Assembly (NCBI GenBank): GCA_035479955.1
Contig: DATIIE010000015.1
Coordinates: 2,268-66,267, forward strand
DNA length: 64,000 nt
Origin: Candidatus Saccharimonadales bacterium
GTDB taxonomy: Bacteria > Patescibacteriota > Saccharimonadia > Saccharimonadales > UBA4665
Direction of reading: 5' to 3'
Below, one piece after another: positions 62,199-64,000 of this stretch (positions are counted from its first letter, which is position 1; each line of letters opens with the position of its first letter). The notes beneath the pieces are model-generated. The model did not search any database. It saw only the letters and a list, made by a program, of their open reading frames with translations, and was not told the origin of the DNA. Position numbers and translations under genes: made by a program.

Positions 62199-62792
62199 AT
62201 GGCAGGGGGAGAGAACGAACCACCACAGAACCAAGAGCAGGGATCTTGGTCGTACCGACCTGAAGGCAGCGACGCTTCTGCAACTACCTCTACAGAGCAA
62301 CATTTAGCAGCAGAGGCTGTCGCCCCACAGGACGACAATGCAGTCACCTGGACAGCGTCGGAGTTTATTGCGCACGAAAAAAATCCGTTATGGTATGTTG
62401 TGCTCATTTTAGTTACCGTCGCAATTGGCGCAGGGCTATTCCTGCTAACGCGCGACTACATTTCAGTAGCAGTTGTGGCGGTGCTGGCAACCGTATTCGG
62501 CGTCGCCGGTTCACGCAAGCCGCGCGTGGTGTCATACCGCGTTGACCGCGGCGGTATCAGCGTAGGTAAAATATTCCACCCTTATGGCTCATTCCGCTCT
62601 TTTGCCGTGGTAGACGAGGGGGCATTTTCCAGCATTACATTCCTGCCGCTGAAGCGCTTTAACCTGCCACTCAGCATTTACTTTGCCGAAGAAGACGAGC
62701 ACAGAATTATGGACGTTTTAGGCAACCACCTGCCACTAGAACCAGGGCAGCTTGATGCGTTGGAACGCGCCATGCGCAACCTGCACTTCTAA
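62199..62792 (+). CDS. Two-TM membrane protein with a PH-like C-terminal domain (DUF5673-like)
   Basis: VTWTASEFIAHEK...WY, two TMs, YRVDRGGI.VG..FHPY..FRSF. Confidence 0.75.
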   Translation: MAGGENEPPQNQEQGSWSYRPEGSDASATTSTEQHLAAEAVAPQDDNAVTWTASEFIAHEKNPLWYVVLILVTVAIGAGLFLLTRDYISVAVVAVLATVFGVAGSRKPRVVSYRVDRGGISVGKIFHPYGSFRSFAVVDEGAFSSITFLPLKRFNLPLSIYFAEEDEHRIMDVLGNHLPLEPGQLDALERAMRNLHF

Positions 62793-62885
62793 CCTGTAAA
62801 ATACCCAGGCGAACCTCTGGAAAAAACTTCTCGTATCTGCTATTATTAGTGTTGCTCGCGCGTGAGGTCACGCAAAAAGCATTAT

Positions 62886-62962
62886 GCACCCGTAGCTCAG
62901 CTGGATAGAGCGTTGGCTTGCGGAGCCAAAGGTCGTAGGTTCGAATCCTGTCGGGTGTACCA
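62886..62962 (+). tRNA. tRNA-Arg(GCG)
   Basis: TTGGC-TTGCGGA-GCCAA anticodon arm, TAGCTCAGCTGGATAGAGC D arm, GTTCGAATC, CCA. Confidence 0.96.
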
Positions 62963-62974
62963 AATTGAATATGT

Positions 62975-63003
62975 GAGACTCCTCTTTGCAGGAGTCTCTT
63001 TTT
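62975..63003 (+). terminator. Intrinsic terminator after tRNA-Arg
   Basis: GAGACTCCT-N6-AGGAGTCTC-TTTTT. Confidence 0.9.
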
Positions 63004-63004
63004 A

Positions 63005-63033
63005 TTGCAAAAACGTCAATATTATGCTAATGT
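63005..63033 (+). promoter_or_regulatory. Promoter nearly identical to the one at 30796
   Basis: TTGCAA-N11-TTATGC-TAATGT, ATG 6 nt later. Confidence 0.7.
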
Positions 63034-63039
63034 TTATAT

Positions 63040-63690
63040 ATGTCTGCGTCCACTGTTACGCCGCAAGAACTGGCACGTTTCACCGCTTATACCGAGCCTG
63101 GCACACAGGTGATCGGCAATGACGCAGCCGGCAATAAAATTTCGTATCCGGTTGATAAAATTATCGCCCTAGCCGGTAATGATGGGGAAGCTACGCGCCA
63201 CGCTGGCCGCACCGATATTGAAGGGGCCAACCGGCGCGAATTACATCTTCCGGCGCGTATCGGCGGCGCCGTTATGGACGTACTCGAGGAGCGCGGTATC
63301 TTAACCTGCCATGGCTTTGCGCATCGTCTTACGAAAGGGCTCGCCCACGACAACCTGCCGTCCGCCCCAGTGTCGCCTGGGCACCAAACGAACACATTAG
63401 GAGTAGGGGAGATGGGAGTCATTGGCGACCCCGCATCTCCTGAGGTAAGGAATCCTAACGGCCACATCATATTAAACCCGGCCGAGCCGCTGCACAGCGT
63501 GGTTGGCCTGGGGCATGACAGCAAGGAGGTTATCGACATGGCGGAGATGCTGGCGCCTCCCTCCATCACCCCAATCGACAGCTTAGTTACGAGCTACCAG
63601 CAGCTTAGCGGGCAAAACGTAAACTTGCACCGCGCTGCACCGCCGCCGGATATTCCACCGCCAGTAAATCCCTATAACCCGTTTTCGTAG
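63040..63690 (+). CDS. Orphan with a papain-like Cys-His signature (putative peptidase/deamidase)
   Basis: TCHGFAH nucleophile-type motif, PLHSVVGLG His strand; no signal peptide. Confidence 0.6.
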   Translation: MSASTVTPQELARFTAYTEPGTQVIGNDAAGNKISYPVDKIIALAGNDGEATRHAGRTDIEGANRRELHLPARIGGAVMDVLEERGILTCHGFAHRLTKGLAHDNLPSAPVSPGHQTNTLGVGEMGVIGDPASPEVRNPNGHIILNPAEPLHSVVGLGHDSKEVIDMAEMLAPPSITPIDSLVTSYQQLSGQNVNLHRAAPPPDIPPPVNPYNPFS

Positions 63691-63741
63691 CCTCCTGGCA
63701 CCACAGCATTCTGATCTGTTACAATAATACCGTCCATTTAT

Positions 63742-63833
63742 GGAGAGGTCGCATAGTTTGGTCTAGTGCGCTGCACTCGAAATGCAGTATAGGGGTGACT
63801 CTATCGAGGGTTCGAATCCCTCCCTCTCCGCCA
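63742..63833 (+). tRNA. tRNA-Ser(CGA)
   Basis: CTGCA-CTCGAAA-TGCAG anticodon arm, long variable arm, GTTCGAATC, CCA. Confidence 0.97.
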
Positions 63834-63844
63834 GATTTGTTTTT

Positions 63845-63874
63845 AGCCCGTTACCTAGGAAGTAGCGGGTTTTT
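63845..63874. terminator. Bidirectional terminator between tRNA-Ser(CGA) and comF
   Basis: GCCCGTTAC...GTAGCGGGT stem flanked by T tracts. Confidence 0.7.
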
Positions 63875-63875
63875 A

Positions 63876-64000
63876 TTATGGGCGTGCCGGGCGGGGAGCA
63901 GCGGCAAACGTAAGCAACACAACACTCGCCGCTTCGGCCTTGAGGAGCGCCGCTGTGGCCGCTTCGCATGTGGCGCCTGTTGTAAGTACGTCATCAATGA
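63876..64000 (-). CDS. comF: C-terminus of a ComF-family phosphoribosyltransferase-fold protein (5' part outside the window)
   Basis: Hand translation IDDVLTTGATCEAATAALLKAEAASVVLLTFAA...stop at 63876. Confidence 0.85.
   Translation of the reverse strand, partial: IDDVLTTGATCEAATAALLKAEAASVVLLTFAAAPRPARP

Noticed and set aside
60900-63833. Prophage or integrative element with attL/attR at tRNA-Ser
   Set aside because: The 29-nt copies are inverted, both belong to complete tRNAs, and no integrase or phage gene is present.

Overview
Gene-dense bacterial window that I infer comes from a Saccharibacteria (TM7, Patescibacteria/CPR) genome. The basis is lineage-typical conserved hypotheticals, a degenerate DHH protein, a tailed S20, tRNA-Arg(GCG) and the lack of amino-acid or cofactor biosynthesis operons. 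The housekeeping backbone is truB, rpsT, holA, mutM, polA, dnaG-rpoD, orn, msrB, mscL, argS, a two-component pair, groES-groEL with two CIRCE operators, tatA-tatC, a sortase, murE, tsaD, valS, a Fur-family regulator, four tRNAs and a partial comF. Inserted singly between these genes are about 15 orphan genes without signal peptides, many with disordered N-terminal leaders, several of which look host-directed. They include (i) a second primary sigma factor whose core is actinobacterial HrdB/SigA type, unlike the resident RpoD, fused to a novel 425-aa N-terminus; (ii) a protein with 12 acidic-x-Thr-x-x-Ile/Leu motifs matching the actinobacterial Ser/Thr-kinase/FHA code; (iii) an EndoU RNase with a separately promoted putative immunity gene; (iv) a kinase plus pseudokinase pair; and (v) RelE-like, papain-like and catalytically altered PgeF-like proteins. 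Known Saccharibacteria hosts are Actinobacteria, so my best candidate for an undescribed system is a dispersed host-mimicry/effector repertoire. Other candidates are a sortase-Tat micro-peptide locus (41.9-44.6 kb), an unassigned structured RNA with its own promoter downstream of rpoD, and a long inverted-repeat/pseudoknot element at 4.3 kb. Many genes appear leaderless. No CRISPR array, rRNA, integrase or transposase was seen. All family assignments come from reading motifs by eye; no searches were run.
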